64,000 nt of DNA from a virus. How positions within the stretch are numbered: the first letter of the stretch is position 1; every line of letters begins with the position of its first letter. Positions 20,496 through 30,886 of this stretch are shown piece by piece. The position numbers were made by a program, and so were the translations under genes. The notes under the pieces were generated by a model that was not told the DNA's origin, ran no database searches, and worked only from the letters and a program-made list of their open reading frames with translations. The stretch lies in IMG/VR virus record IMGVR_UViG_3300034071_003115, positions 15,110 through 79,109 of that record; one strand, written 5' to 3'.

Positions 20496-21081
20496 GAGCG
20501 CACTTAAGGATTACGTGGATGTCGCAGAGCGAATCCGCGCATGGTACGAGGCGTACCCCAACGCACGCATTGAAACCAGAATTGTTGAGCACAACGAAAA
20601 GCGTGTAGTCGTAGAGGCGCGAGCATATCGCGGCGTTAAGGGCGACAACGGACCTGACGATGCACTTGGCTTCATAGATGATCGCCCAGCGGGAATTGGC
20701 CACAGCGCAATGCAGATTCCTGGCGCAACGCCGTACACCCGCGGCTCAGAGATTGAGAATTGCGAGACATCGGCAGTTGGTCGCGCGTTGGTAATGGCTG
20801 GCCTTCCGTCAAAGAGAATCGCGTCTGACGACGAGATCAAGTCAAAGGGCGGAAAGTCAGCAGCAAAGGCCGCCGCTGAGGTTTTTGACGAAGACGTCGC
20901 ACTCCCGCCACACATCCAGAAGTTTGTCGATGCATTCGCCAAGGCGAAGACGATTGATGAACTTACTGAGATTGGAAAGTCGATCAACGAGTCGAACGCC
21001 GACGGTGTTGATATTGACGAACTTTCCCGTGAGTTCTTGATCAAGAGATTCCGCGCTCGCCGAGCTGAGCTCGTCGGATGA
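20482..21081 (+). CDS. Single-strand annealing recombinase (Rad52/Sak-like)
   Basis: YVDVAERI and ENCETSAVGRAL motifs; next to exonuclease. Confidence 0.65.
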   Translation: MAFDKSALKDYVDVAERIRAWYEAYPNARIETRIVEHNEKRVVVEARAYRGVKGDNGPDDALGFIDDRPAGIGHSAMQIPGATPYTRGSEIENCETSAVGRALVMAGLPSKRIASDDEIKSKGGKSAAKAAAEVFDEDVALPPHIQKFVDAFAKAKTIDELTEIGKSINESNADGVDIDELSREFLIKRFRARRAELVG

Positions 21082-21950
21082 TTGAGGAGAGAAACCCGCA
21101 GCACATCAGTGTAAGTGAGTTGCGCGAATTCCTTTCGTGCCCACTCCGCTGGTGGTACAAGTATCGGCTCGGTATGTGGACCAACAGGACGACGGCGTAC
21201 TTCGCCCTGGGCACCTCGGTCCACGCCGGACTTCAGCGATGGTACGAGCCCATTACGGGCGGCAAGCGAAATGGCGACCTTACGCCGGTGTTCGATCACT
21301 ATCGAAAAGTTTGGTCAATAGAGTCGGCGCAGGTGGACTGGGGCGCAGAAAAAGAGCGCGATATCCTGAGCGAGGGCTTTAATGGCGAAGAGATGCTTCG
21401 GGCTGCTGTTCTTGAGGGCGACGACTGGACTGCAAAGTATGTTGAGCACTCAATGATGTCGGAGATTTCCCACTCGAAACTTGGGAAGCTTCCGATGAAG
21501 TTGAAGACAAATCTCGACATGCTCACCACAGATCTCCGCGTGGTCGAGCACAAGACCGCACAGAGAAGGTGGGAGAAGGATCGAGAGCGCGGAGACATTC
21601 AGGCAACCGCCTATGTGAATGCTGTTCGCCAAAACTATGACCACGACCCATCGGTGACATTCAATATCATTAGCAACTCGGCTAAGGGCGTGAATGTTGA
21701 TCGAAGAACTACTACCCGCACGCAGGAAGATATTGACAAGATGTACATCGGGGCTCGCGCGTTCCTTGACGCAATCGAGAAGGGCGCGATCTATCCGAAC
21801 CCAACGGCGTTTGCGCATGCAAACTGCGAATTCAAGGAACTGTGCGATAAGTGGGAGAGCCACCCGCAGCAGATTCCCGAAAAGAGAAAAGAGCTGTACA
21901 ATCTGGTCCCAGCACTGAAGAAAGACCTTTGGCCTGACTGGGAAAAATAA
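21078..21950 (+). CDS. PD-(D/E)XK exonuclease (RecB/Cas4-like)
   Basis: SVSEL..F..CP, GTSVH, D...EHKT, Q..AY, terminal Cys cluster. Confidence 0.8.
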   Translation: MIEERNPQHISVSELREFLSCPLRWWYKYRLGMWTNRTTAYFALGTSVHAGLQRWYEPITGGKRNGDLTPVFDHYRKVWSIESAQVDWGAEKERDILSEGFNGEEMLRAAVLEGDDWTAKYVEHSMMSEISHSKLGKLPMKLKTNLDMLTTDLRVVEHKTAQRRWEKDRERGDIQATAYVNAVRQNYDHDPSVTFNIISNSAKGVNVDRRTTTRTQEDIDKMYIGARAFLDAIEKGAIYPNPTAFAHANCEFKELCDKWESHPQQIPEKRKELYNLVPALKKDLWPDWEK

Positions 21951-22053
21951 TGATCTGCACGTGCAAGAACTGTGGTGCGGAATTCATTGGTGAGTTCGGA
22001 GAAGAAAACAACTACTGCATGGATTGCGATCCAGAAGGAGATTAGCGGTGGGC

Positions 22054-22740
22054 ATGACACCGATTATTCCTCTTGAAGAGATGGGGGACGCCCGCGTCTA
22101 CTGGAGATGCTATAGCGATCTCCCGCGACACAAGAAACTTTGGCGGCTGCCAGATAACAACGCGCGATGGGCATGGATTGTTCTGTTGTGCGCGGCATCA
22201 GAAACCGACGGAGTGTTTGAGTCCGATCAGCACATTGAAGCAATGGTCGGATCGCAAAACACAAAGTTCCTTCCGCACTTCCGACGCGTTGGGCTTCTCG
22301 ACGGACTCGTGGTTCACGATTGGGACGAGTGGCAGGTTCCATCTGATGGAATGCGCGAGGCAAGGGAGGCGCTTGCAGCGGCCGCTCGCGACCGACTAAA
22401 CCGTCTCGGCCTTCGCGACGAACACGATGCGCAGGTAAAGGTTCGGAGCATGAAAGAGTGGATGGAATACATTGTGGCAGGGCCGAACCGACAGGGAAGA
22501 CTTGTTGAATTCATGGGACAGATGAATGGCATCGTCCCACAGAGAGCCGACTACGCTCGCATTGCAAAGCTGATGCGCGAATATCCAGGTGGAATTCCCG
22601 CGCTAATGTCTGCCATCTGCGACGCGGCACTGCGCGACCTCAAGGGCGACCCAATTGCATATTTGACAGCGATCGGAAAAGGCAGTAAGAAGAGGGTGCA
22701 CACAACATCATCTGTTCGTGATGCACAGTTGGAGGAGTAG
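22054..22740 (+). CDS. Putative replication initiator
   Basis: VHDWDEWQ motif; directly upstream of DnaC-like loader; start uncertain. Confidence 0.5.
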   Translation: MTPIIPLEEMGDARVYWRCYSDLPRHKKLWRLPDNNARWAWIVLLCAASETDGVFESDQHIEAMVGSQNTKFLPHFRRVGLLDGLVVHDWDEWQVPSDGMREAREALAAAARDRLNRLGLRDEHDAQVKVRSMKEWMEYIVAGPNRQGRLVEFMGQMNGIVPQRADYARIAKLMREYPGGIPALMSAICDAALRDLKGDPIAYLTAIGKGSKKRVHTTSSVRDAQLEE

Positions 22741-22813
22741 ATGTTGCAGCCAGCACTGTTTATGTTGCTCGTCGCGGTGATCCTCTTGGTCGCCGCTGCG
22801 GGGGAGCGAGATA

Positions 22814-23470
22814 ATGACAACAAGTAGCACCGAAGTTGTATACCTGGAGGACATCATGTGGGGCGAGAGCAAGCCGCCGCAGGACCTCGAAAAAGCGCTT
22901 CTAGGCGTTGGAATCCCAAAAAGGTACTTAGACAGCACCTTCGCCAATTTCGAGGCGCAGGGTGGCTCTAAGACGGCCCTTGAGGCCTCAATGGAGTGGG
23001 CAAAGGCACCGATTGGGGAGCGGGGCCTTCTTTTTGTTGGGCCGCCAGGTACGGGAAAGACCCACCTTGCCGTGGCGTCAGTCCGAGAGAAAGTTGCCGC
23101 TGGTCTTGGTGGAGTTCGCTTTATCAATGTGCCGATCTTTTTAGATCGGATTCGCCAGTCAATGAAGTACAATGATCCAGAAGTCATGAACTTGTTTGAC
23201 TTTTGTTTGACACGCGCAAGCGTCGTGGTCCTTGATGATCTTGGGAAGGAGAAGGCAACCGACTGGGCGGCAGAGCGACTCTACGTCCTTGTTGAGAGCC
23301 GATATAGTGCCTGTCTCGCGACGATCGCCACGACGAACCGCGGCCTTGACGAACTCGATGCCCTTGGATATGGGGCTCTCATCTCCCGACTACAGCAGAC
23401 CTGTCGCGCCATCAAGGTGGGCGGGGATGACCAGCGTATCAGGCTTGGAAGGCTGGACGGAAGGGCTTGA
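22814..23470 (+). CDS. DnaC/IstB-like AAA+ helicase loader
   Basis: GPPGTGKTHLA Walker A, VLDDLG Walker B, TTN, SRL. Confidence 0.85.
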   Translation: MTTSSTEVVYLEDIMWGESKPPQDLEKALLGVGIPKRYLDSTFANFEAQGGSKTALEASMEWAKAPIGERGLLFVGPPGTGKTHLAVASVREKVAAGLGGVRFINVPIFLDRIRQSMKYNDPEVMNLFDFCLTRASVVVLDDLGKEKATDWAAERLYVLVESRYSACLATIATTNRGLDELDALGYGALISRLQQTCRAIKVGGDDQRIRLGRLDGRA

Positions 23471-23822
23471 GATTGTCCTTGTAGGAAGACCGCCATCATG
23501 GAACCGCGCGTATCGCGTTGCGGGCAAAATCATCTACATGACACGAGAAGCAAAAGCATGGAAGGAGATCGTGACATATGCGACACAGAAAGCGTTAGTC
23601 ACAAGGCCGGACTTCCTGCCGGTAGACGGGAAGAGGATTGTCATCGACATCTGGGCGCATTTGAAAAGACCGATGGATGCTGATAATCTATTGAAGCTAA
23701 CGCTAGATGCGGTAGCGGCTGGATTGGTCGTCAATGACCGATGGTTTATCCCACGAGTTTGGGAAATGGAATTTGGAGCAGCGGAAGAATATGTCCGACT
23801 GGTCCTAAGTCAGGAGAAGTGA
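23427..23822 (+). CDS. rusA: RusA-like Holliday junction resolvase
   Basis: PPSWN...DADNLLKLTLDA...NDR. Confidence 0.8.
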   Translation: MTSVSGLEGWTEGLEIVLVGRPPSWNRAYRVAGKIIYMTREAKAWKEIVTYATQKALVTRPDFLPVDGKRIVIDIWAHLKRPMDADNLLKLTLDAVAAGLVVNDRWFIPRVWEMEFGAAEEYVRLVLSQEK

Positions 23823-23823
23823 A

Positions 23824-24201
23824 ATGGCAAAGGAAAGGATTGAAGTAACTGGCAGGCTTGGAAGCAAGCCAGAACTTCGCAGCACCAAGACAGGAAAGAA
23901 CGTTTCATCGTTTAGCGTTGCAGTGAAGAACAAGCGCGGCGGCGAAGAGACCACCAATTGGTACGACGTATCCATTTGGGAGAAGCAGGCAGAACTTGCT
24001 GTACAGCTGCTCGACAAGGGTGATCTTGTGTGCGTTGAAGGCGTTCCGTCCGTGAAGACTTTTCAGACCCGCAGCGGCGAGTCCAAGTCTTCCATTCAGA
24101 TCACGGCGCGCACATTTGATCTTCTTGCCAAGGGCAAGGGTGCCGCTGGCGCAGTCAAGCAGGCCGCGCCTGAAGAAGACTTTTCCGAGGTTCCGTTCTG
24201 A
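23824..24201 (+). CDS. ssb: Single-stranded DNA-binding protein
   Basis: GRLGSKPELR OB fold, acidic tail DFSEVPF. Confidence 0.9.
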   Translation: MAKERIEVTGRLGSKPELRSTKTGKNVSSFSVAVKNKRGGEETTNWYDVSIWEKQAELAVQLLDKGDLVCVEGVPSVKTFQTRSGESKSSIQITARTFDLLAKGKGAAGAVKQAAPEEDFSEVPF

Positions 24202-24686
24202 TGGATCTCGGAACGTTCTTTAGTTACGTGGCGGCAGTCGTTGTCGGCTCCACGCTCACGTTGGCCCTCTGGACCCTTTGGTTCAGAATCGTCAATAGAT
24301 AATTGTGTTGCTTCTCCTTCGGAGACTCGTACCCAAGGGTTACACCATTGGCTCTTGGGTACGAGAACTAGTTATCCTCGCGCGCGGCTCAAGATGAAGC
24401 AGGGTCGAATGGTTATCGCCAATGTAGACGGATCGATCATTGTGACCCCCTATAACCAACTTCGTTACGATGGCTTCTCGAAATTTTTTTTGGGAAAAAC
24501 TGAGGTAGCGGCTAGTCTCGCTACTACCATCATTCGCCTGCTTCCCGACCGCCGCTACAGGCAACTGATTGCCACACGGGTAGTCCCCGCTGTTCGCCCA
24601 CGGTTTTGGGCGGCCTGGATGCTAGACGCATGGCACGTAAGCGAACCGATACATGAAAACTCACTAGAAAGAATCAAGAATTACAC

Positions 24687-25184
24687 ATGAACAGCAGAGC
24701 GATCTGCACCGCCACAGTAAACGGCGTGCACGTCAAACTTTATCGAGATACACTAGACGACGGAACAGCACGAGTGATCGGGTTCACCGAGCATGGACAA
24801 GAGTATGGACTATGGAGGATTGAGGGCATGGAAGAGCAAACAACGATTACGCGACCAGCAATTGAACAGCGTGAAGACGTCCTGTACGCCGATGGGTGGG
24901 AAGATTGCCTCGTAGGACACGGGACAATCTTTCACGGGTCTGACGGACAGATGATTGTTGCTATCTACGACCGCAACAAGATCCTACAGCGCTTGTTTGA
25001 CGACTTTGTGTCGACCTGCGAGGCGAACAACCCAGGGGACACTCATGAGGGCTGCTTCCACATTGAGGAGGCGGACGAATACATTTCCTTCAATATCGAG
25101 GGTGGATTTATCAAGCCCGGCATGCCTGTGTTCGCCTCGTTCGAGGCACAGCCAATTGTCATCAACGAGTCGGTGCAATTTTGA
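24687..25184 (+). CDS. Hypothetical phage protein
   Basis: ADGWEDCLVG...EEADEYISFNIEG, coupled in operon. Confidence 0.6.
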   Translation: MNSRAICTATVNGVHVKLYRDTLDDGTARVIGFTEHGQEYGLWRIEGMEEQTTITRPAIEQREDVLYADGWEDCLVGHGTIFHGSDGQMIVAIYDRNKILQRLFDDFVSTCEANNPGDTHEGCFHIEEADEYISFNIEGGFIKPGMPVFASFEAQPIVINESVQF

Positions 25185-25396
25185 AGCATTGCTCACGCTG
25201 CCAGCAGGTTTGGCCGCCAGAATGTGAGTTTTACCGCCGCGGCAAGATGCAGTGCCGCTCATGCGAGCACGGGGTAAAAAACTTTTCGCCCTCACGCATG
25301 GCTGAAGAACAAATAGCGGAATTAGAGAGATCTAGGAAACGACTAGCAGCAAGAGAGGCAGGGAAAGATGTGTGCCGGTGTGGCGATGCGTTCTGA
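25181..25396 (+). CDS. Small Zn-finger protein (CxxC..WP...EFY..CxxC)
   Basis: Resembles 26653-26832. Confidence 0.55.
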   Translation: MKHCSRCQQVWPPECEFYRRGKMQCRSCEHGVKNFSPSRMAEEQIAELERSRKRLAAREAGKDVCRCGDAF

Positions 25397-25444
25397 ATTT
25401 TTATGGGAATCAACATGCAGGCCTGCTCTCGCAGGGGGTGAGTA

Positions 25445-26017
25445 ATGAACAGAGTGTTGACGTTTTTAAACAAGATATCAGGGGAACTTGCAGTGGTGCT
25501 GCTGATTGGCCTTGTGTCGACAACCACCGCCTGGACGGCAATCCAAGCGTCATTCCATAACAACGCATCGTCTGCCGCCTATGGCGACTACCAGTTGATT
25601 ATGGCTGAAGCGAATAACCTGTGGATTACGGCAGAGGTGAAGTACCGAGCCGACCTGCTGACTTGGGACACCGACCTTGGCGGCTCCTATGAGTTCAGCG
25701 TCTATGCGGTGCCATGCCAGCAGGAAAACCCAGAAGGCCAACTGCCAGACTGTGCCGCATATATGGACGCCGTGTATGGACCATACAACCAGACATTCGA
25801 TAGCGGAGAGGAGCCCCTTGCGCTATCTGAGCGCGAAGGCAACTACAGCAACCGCCTGCAGGTGCTCACGGGCATCTTTGCTGTTGCCCTGTTTGCCCTT
25901 GGCGTAACCTCACCCATGAAGAGCAGGAAGAACGCCTCCTACCTCGTGGCGTTTGCCGCAACCCTCTGGGTGACTGGAGTTGCGCTTATGTTAACAATCC
26001 CCGTAATTTTGCTTTAG
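25445..26017 (+). CDS. Membrane protein (3 predicted TM segments)
   Basis: Hydrophobic N-terminal helix and two C-terminal helices. Confidence 0.65.
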   Translation: MNRVLTFLNKISGELAVVLLIGLVSTTTAWTAIQASFHNNASSAAYGDYQLIMAEANNLWITAEVKYRADLLTWDTDLGGSYEFSVYAVPCQQENPEGQLPDCAAYMDAVYGPYNQTFDSGEEPLALSEREGNYSNRLQVLTGIFAVALFALGVTSPMKSRKNASYLVAFAATLWVTGVALMLTIPVILL

Positions 26018-26025
26018 GAGGAAAT

Positions 26026-26535
26026 ATGATTCCCGAAACCGCGTGTACTTGCGACAGTGTTGATGCGCGAATAGAACGTGAGCTTATGGAGATGAGGAAT
26101 ATGATTACCGAAACCGCGTGTACTTGCGGCTGTACTGGGTGCAGCGAAGGCAACTGCTGCGACCACAAGGCGTGGGCCAGCGGATTTGACGATTACCAGC
26201 GAGGCGCTGCCATGACCGCTCGTGGCGACATCTACCTCGACCCAGAACAGGGGCGCGTTGCGATTGCAGCGATGGGCCTTGCTGGGGAGTCTGGTGAGCT
26301 GATCGATCACCTCAAGAAGTGGATTGGACACGGACACGCTGTCGATCGCGACTACATCACCAAGGAGCTTGGTGATATCCTTTGGTATGTGGCTGAGATT
26401 GCCTCAGTTGCTCGGATCGACCTTTCGGAGGTTGCGGTTCAGAACGAGAAGAAGCTCCGCCTCAGATACCCGAAAGGATTTTCCGTAGATCGCAGCGTCA
26501 ACAGGAGTGAGCATGAAAAAGATTCGCAAGGTTGA
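26026..26535 (+). CDS. MazG-like nucleotide pyrophosphohydrolase
   Basis: GLAGESGE..D..KK...KELGDILWY...N..KL..RYP. Confidence 0.85.
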   Translation: MIPETACTCDSVDARIERELMEMRNMITETACTCGCTGCSEGNCCDHKAWASGFDDYQRGAAMTARGDIYLDPEQGRVAIAAMGLAGESGELIDHLKKWIGHGHAVDRDYITKELGDILWYVAEIASVARIDLSEVAVQNEKKLRLRYPKGFSVDRSVNRSEHEKDSQG

Positions 26536-26652
26536 TGATCAGCGCTACAAGTATGAACACAAAGAAATCTATGTGACGACGCCCGTAGAATCATTTTTCT
26601 ACGCGTTTGTTGCATTCGCAATCATCTGGGTCGTTGCGGAGATTATTAGCTA

Positions 26653-26832
26653 ATGATACGCAAGTGCAAAAGATGTCTAGAGTGGTGGCCGAACGACGGA
26701 GAATTCTACCACTCAAGGAAGCATCCAATGTGCATTGCATGCAATGTGGAAGTTGAAGATTTTGAAAGGCGGAGAGAATACATGCGCCAGGCTGCCAAGA
26801 AGTATCGAGATAAAATCAAGGCGAGCGCATAA
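26653..26832 (+). CDS. Small Zn-finger protein (59 aa)
   Basis: MIRKCKRCLEWWPNDGEFY...CIAC; stop overlaps next ATG. Confidence 0.6.
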   Translation: MIRKCKRCLEWWPNDGEFYHSRKHPMCIACNVEVEDFERRREYMRQAAKKYRDKIKASA

Positions 26833-27485
26833 TGCCGCACGTCATTGCAAACATTCCAACCGTTTCGTGCTACGTCCGCAGGGAATACCTGCGAGACCTT
26901 CAGGATGGCCACGGAGAGTTCACCCCAGCCTACTGGGTGACCGTCAAGGCGCCACGGCACCGCGCGCTGTATATCGAGGCATTCCTGCCGGAATACGGGG
27001 CGTTGTATGACAAACTTCCCATTAGCGCGTACGTCCAGAACCCAGAAACGCCAACACCCGATCTTCCGCTGGGTCTCTTGCAGATGTGGGATGTCAACTC
27101 CTCAGGAATTGCCGTCATCGAGAAGACCCTGCTCAAGGGGATGCCATGCAAGTACCTTGATAAGGCAGGCGCATGGCACAAGGGCTCATACTTATTTACG
27201 GTGGACATGGTGCAGCCCGAGCCGAACGAAGTGGACACCGACTGGGCTGCCATTCCGGCAGAGCACAAGTCCTACAACTTCATTAGACTAGACAACGGGC
27301 AGTTTGCCGCTCAGCCGAACAACCGTGTCATCTGGATGGATGAGGCGACGGTGTTTAAGAATCCGAAGATGCCGGACTTCAAGGTCAGCACGCAACTGTT
27401 CTCTGCAGAGGGCGAACGGTGGGCCGCTCTCGGCGATGAAGATTCGTGGAACTACTCAAAGAAGGAGAAGGTTGTCAATGGGTAA
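26832..27485 (+). CDS. Hypothetical phage protein
   Basis: EHKSYNFI.LDNGQFAAQPNNR motif, coupled ORF. Confidence 0.65.
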   Translation: MPHVIANIPTVSCYVRREYLRDLQDGHGEFTPAYWVTVKAPRHRALYIEAFLPEYGALYDKLPISAYVQNPETPTPDLPLGLLQMWDVNSSGIAVIEKTLLKGMPCKYLDKAGAWHKGSYLFTVDMVQPEPNEVDTDWAAIPAEHKSYNFIRLDNGQFAAQPNNRVIWMDEATVFKNPKMPDFKVSTQLFSAEGERWAALGDEDSWNYSKKEKVVNG

Positions 27486-28275
27486 GAAGGCAAAACAAAT
27501 GCGCAATCAGGCAAAACAGAACTTGCCGTCGATTTATTCCGGCGGACCGATCGCCCACGAGATGCACCCAGGAAACACAATGGGGTTGCTGGAGCTTCAG
27601 CGGGATTGCATGCACAACGGCATTCAGTTCAAGTGGAAGATGGTGCACGGATCATCGATCCTCACCGATGCAAGGAATGTCTTGTTGCACTCATTCCTTG
27701 AGAGCGGCTACTCGCACCTTTTCATGGTTGACTCGGATATCGAGTTTTCGGGAAAGGATGTCCTTCGGGCGGTTGCATCTGGCGAGTCGATCGTGGCCCT
27801 TCCGTGCGCTAAGAGGATTGCGAATTTCGAACTAGCGGTTGAGGTGCTGCGCAAGTATCCTGAAATTCCAGCAAAAAATTTGCCAGCATACATCGGCGGA
27901 ATGAACTTCCTTCCTATTGACGAAGAGCGCCCTGACGGAAGAATGCTTCTCAAGTCGCAGCGAGCAGGAACCGGCGCGATGATTATTCGTCGAGAGGCAC
28001 TGCTGGACTTCCAGGAAAAGTATCCAGACCGCTGGTATCAGAACACCCTAACAAATCAGCGTCTCACCGAATTCTTCCGCTTTATGGTGCATCCAGAAAC
28101 CAAGGAGCACTGGGGCGAAGACTTTGGATTCTGCATGGACATGCGCGCAATTGGGTACGACATCAACGTGCTTGTGGACGCACGAACGGTTCACCACGGT
28201 GGGTTTGGGTACGAAACAGATTTCGCAAAGCTTGCGTCAAACTATATGAAGGAGACAGACAATGAGCAGGATTGA
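27478..28275 (+). CDS. Glycosyltransferase-like protein (GT-A fold)
   Basis: FMVDSDI (DxD), GTGAMII.R, GEDFGFC. Confidence 0.7.
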   Translation: MGKKAKQMRNQAKQNLPSIYSGGPIAHEMHPGNTMGLLELQRDCMHNGIQFKWKMVHGSSILTDARNVLLHSFLESGYSHLFMVDSDIEFSGKDVLRAVASGESIVALPCAKRIANFELAVEVLRKYPEIPAKNLPAYIGGMNFLPIDEERPDGRMLLKSQRAGTGAMIIRREALLDFQEKYPDRWYQNTLTNQRLTEFFRFMVHPETKEHWGEDFGFCMDMRAIGYDINVLVDARTVHHGGFGYETDFAKLASNYMKETDNEQD

Positions 28276-28519
28276 ACGACTCGCGGCGCAGCTCCCAGAA
28301 GGAGAGGTGCTTTCGATCATGGAGTATTTGCACGAGACAAAGGAATGGGCCGTATGCACTAGTGCGTGGGACCCAAAGGCAGAGAATGTCAATACAGCAC
28401 TTGACTACCTTCGCGGCACCGAGTCGCCGAAGGGAAACTGGATCGTTAAGCGTCGCGCTGTCGGCGAGACCCCAGAGATTGCAGTCCAGAAACTTGTATC
28501 CGGAGAAGAGAATGTCTAA
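28262..28519 (+). CDS. Hypothetical protein
   Basis: AAGGAG RBS, overlapped in operon. Confidence 0.55.
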   Translation: MSRIERLAAQLPEGEVLSIMEYLHETKEWAVCTSAWDPKAENVNTALDYLRGTESPKGNWIVKRRAVGETPEIAVQKLVSGEENV

Positions 28520-28760
28520 GTGGGTTGACTTTGCAATGCTCTCCTTTGAGGAGGCAGACGCAGCCGTTTCTGGATTCGGATTCACCATTCACGGCGTTCA
28601 CCGCGCAATGGTCGACAACGACTGGATGGCAGTCGCGCACAGCCGAAAAGGGGCGGTCGTATCGGCACGAGGAAGAAATCCTCACGAGGCGGTCTGTAGG
28701 CTCGCGTGGGAGCTCACGATACGCCAGGCGAATCAACAAGGCTCTACGGGCCGCAAATAG
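28512..28760 (+). CDS. Hypothetical protein (last gene of replication operon)
   Basis: GGAG RBS, MSKWVDF start. Confidence 0.5.
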   Translation: MSKWVDFAMLSFEEADAAVSGFGFTIHGVHRAMVDNDWMAVAHSRKGAVVSARGRNPHEAVCRLAWELTIRQANQQGSTGRK

Positions 28761-29003
28761 GCATTTCCGGGGCTTCTGGAAGGCCCTCCGCAAGCGATTA
28801 TAGAACCGCCAACCCCTCGTCTGTAAAAAAATCCGCCGCGTCCCTAGTCGCACGGTGGGGGAGGGGGGTCGAGGACGCATTCTGGGGGTTGGGAGCATCC
28901 TCCGGATGCTACACGCCCCCAAAGAAAGCACGATCAAGACCATAGGCGATGATGGGGTCAGCGGTGGCGTTGCCGCCGCGGTGGTAGTTAGGAGGTACGC
29001 ACA

Positions 29004-29387
29004 ATGTACGCAATGCTCTTGCTTCTTTCGCCGATGGCGGCGGCGGCTCTTTCTTTCGTTCTCCGCGGTGATGCGGTGCTCTCGGTTCTCTTCGGTTTCG
29101 CGGCTCTCGGCGTTGTATCGTTCGCGGGTTTCGTTTACGAGTTCGGTGATCTCGCAATGGAGCACCGCTACGCGAAGAACCCACGCGAGGCAGACGGCGA
29201 GGTGGTCGCGTTCGGTCTGGTGTGCGCGGTGTCTGGAATCGCTGGCACGGCGATCTCGTGGCTCCTGGGTGCGGGCGATGCGATGTCGCTCCTTCTGGGT
29301 GTGGCGAGCGTGGGCGCGGCGTGGCTCGCAATCTTCGCGGTGGTCGTTGCCGATGAGAAGATGCGCCGCCGCTACGGCAAGCGATAG
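29004..29387 (+). CDS. Membrane protein (array A cargo)
   Basis: AGGAGG RBS, four hydrophobic segments, terminator hairpin after. Confidence 0.7.
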   Translation: MYAMLLLLSPMAAAALSFVLRGDAVLSVLFGFAALGVVSFAGFVYEFGDLAMEHRYAKNPREADGEVVAFGLVCAVSGIAGTAISWLLGAGDAMSLLLGVASVGAAWLAIFAVVVADEKMRRRYGKR

Positions 29388-29651
29388 CACACACACGAAA
29401 CGCAACCGCCCCCGTCCTCCGCGAGCGCGCGGAGGGCGGGGGCTTCTTTGTACCTATGTGACTTCGGTGGCGGTCGCGCCCCCTGGGGCTGCTGTTCTAT
29501 ATGTAACTCACAGTATGAATATAAATAACAAATAACATAATAAGTTCGATGGACTCGCCTCCGGCGAGTACAGACCGAGTATGAAAACGCTATTGTATGA
29601 GTGCGCGATGATGAGGGCGAGCCACCGAAGGCTCGGAAGGGAGACAATGGT

Positions 29652-29936
29652 ATGACTTGGCATCGACCTGATGAAGGCTGCGACGTCACCGTACGCGGTG
29701 ATGCTGATGACGTCATCACGATCACTTGCGTGAATACGGAAGGCGTGATGAGTCCGAAGCCGCACCGCTATCACGTCACGCTAAGCGCGAATGCGAACGC
29801 GCTGATGGTGATGGAAGCGGATGGCTACGGCGGCATCCACTACTTCAGTGACGCTGAAGCGAAGCGGGTGCTGATGGAAGACGAAGTCTGGTACGAACTA
29901 CCAGCATTCTTCCGCAATAGAATCGTCTGGCAATAG
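29652..29936 (+). CDS. Hypothetical protein (array A)
   Basis: AAGGGAG RBS, MTWHRP start. Confidence 0.65.
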   Translation: MTWHRPDEGCDVTVRGDADDVITITCVNTEGVMSPKPHRYHVTLSANANALMVMEADGYGGIHYFSDAEAKRVLMEDEVWYELPAFFRNRIVWQ

Positions 29937-29997
29937 CGTGATGGTGATGCGCGGCGAATGCGACGCCGCGCATCACTTCACTGAAGGGAGAATCACA

Positions 29998-30318
29998 ATG
30001 GTGAAGCACGTGAACCCGATCGAATGGAAGTTCGTGTATGAGCATCGCTCGACGCTGACGGAGCGCGAGAATCGCACTAGGATGGAAGCAGAATCCGATC
30101 GTGTATCGGATAGGATCGTGAAGGCTATCGAAGCGATTCGGAAGGATCGTCCATCGTCGTGGATCGACGAACTCGATACCCGCGCATTCTTCATTCTGAA
30201 GGACGCGCTCGATCCGATCGGATACGAAGTGTTGCGTCAGGATGAGGACGGCGCGTGGATCGTACGCGAACGATGGAATACTGGAACGGACTGGAACGCA
30301 CGACTGGTCATCGTCTGA
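29998..30318 (+). CDS. Hypothetical protein (array A)
   Basis: AAGGGAG RBS, MVKHVN start, GC hairpin after stop. Confidence 0.65.
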   Translation: MVKHVNPIEWKFVYEHRSTLTERENRTRMEAESDRVSDRIVKAIEAIRKDRPSSWIDELDTRAFFILKDALDPIGYEVLRQDEDGAWIVRERWNTGTDWNARLVIV

Positions 30319-30574
30319 TCGGCCTCCCCCCGTTCACCGCAGGCGCGGTGGGCGGGGGGAAGTTCTTTCGCAACCCCCCGGGTGCTGCTGTTCTATCTCT
30401 AACTGGCTGACTATAAGTAAATAACATAACAACATAAGTTCGACAGGCTCGCCTCCGGCGAGTACGACGCCGCTAAAAGAACGCGAATCAACATCTAGGA
30501 GATGATGGAGCAGCCGCGGACGCGCGGTGTGATGAATGCGACATCACAATGGTCTAGCAGAAAGGTGGCTTGGA

Positions 30575-30886
30575 ATGATCAAGACAATCGGCGAAGCGAT
30601 CGAAGCGCTTCGCAAGGTGGTAGCAGAAGCGCAAGACATCTTCGCGGAAACGGAGAATCTTGTCGCGAAAGCAGAAGCGATTCTTTCGCTCGCAACGATC
30701 ACGGGAAGCGCTGGTGATGCGATCAAGGCAAGCGAGAATGTTGGCGCTAGTAGAATGGCGTACCTTCGCGCTCGTCTCGAATTGGAGAAGCAGCGATTCT
30801 ACCTTTCGCAATTGGAGAAGGTAGCAGCCGAGAAGGGTAACGACTGGGAAGGCAACAAGGGAATCCAAATCCAGTCGATTCAGTAA
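30575..30886 (+). CDS. Coiled-coil hypothetical protein (array A)
   Basis: AAAGGTGG RBS, hairpin after stop. Confidence 0.65.
   Translation: MIKTIGEAIEALRKVVAEAQDIFAETENLVAKAEAILSLATITGSAGDAIKASENVGASRMAYLRARLELEKQRFYLSQLEKVAAEKGNDWEGNKGIQIQSIQ

Noticed and set aside
21078-21950. Cas4 implying a CRISPR system
   Set aside because: Sits with SSAP, SSB and RusA: a standard phage recombination exonuclease
22814-23470. IS21 IstB transposition helper
   Set aside because: No IstA transposase or terminal repeats; context is a replication operon
28446-29535. Long alternative-frame ORFs (28446-29405, 28855-29535; likewise 33633-34493, 39857-40741, 49087-49968)
   Set aside because: Arg/Ser/Pro-rich shadow frames crossing promoters or better-supported genes, without SD
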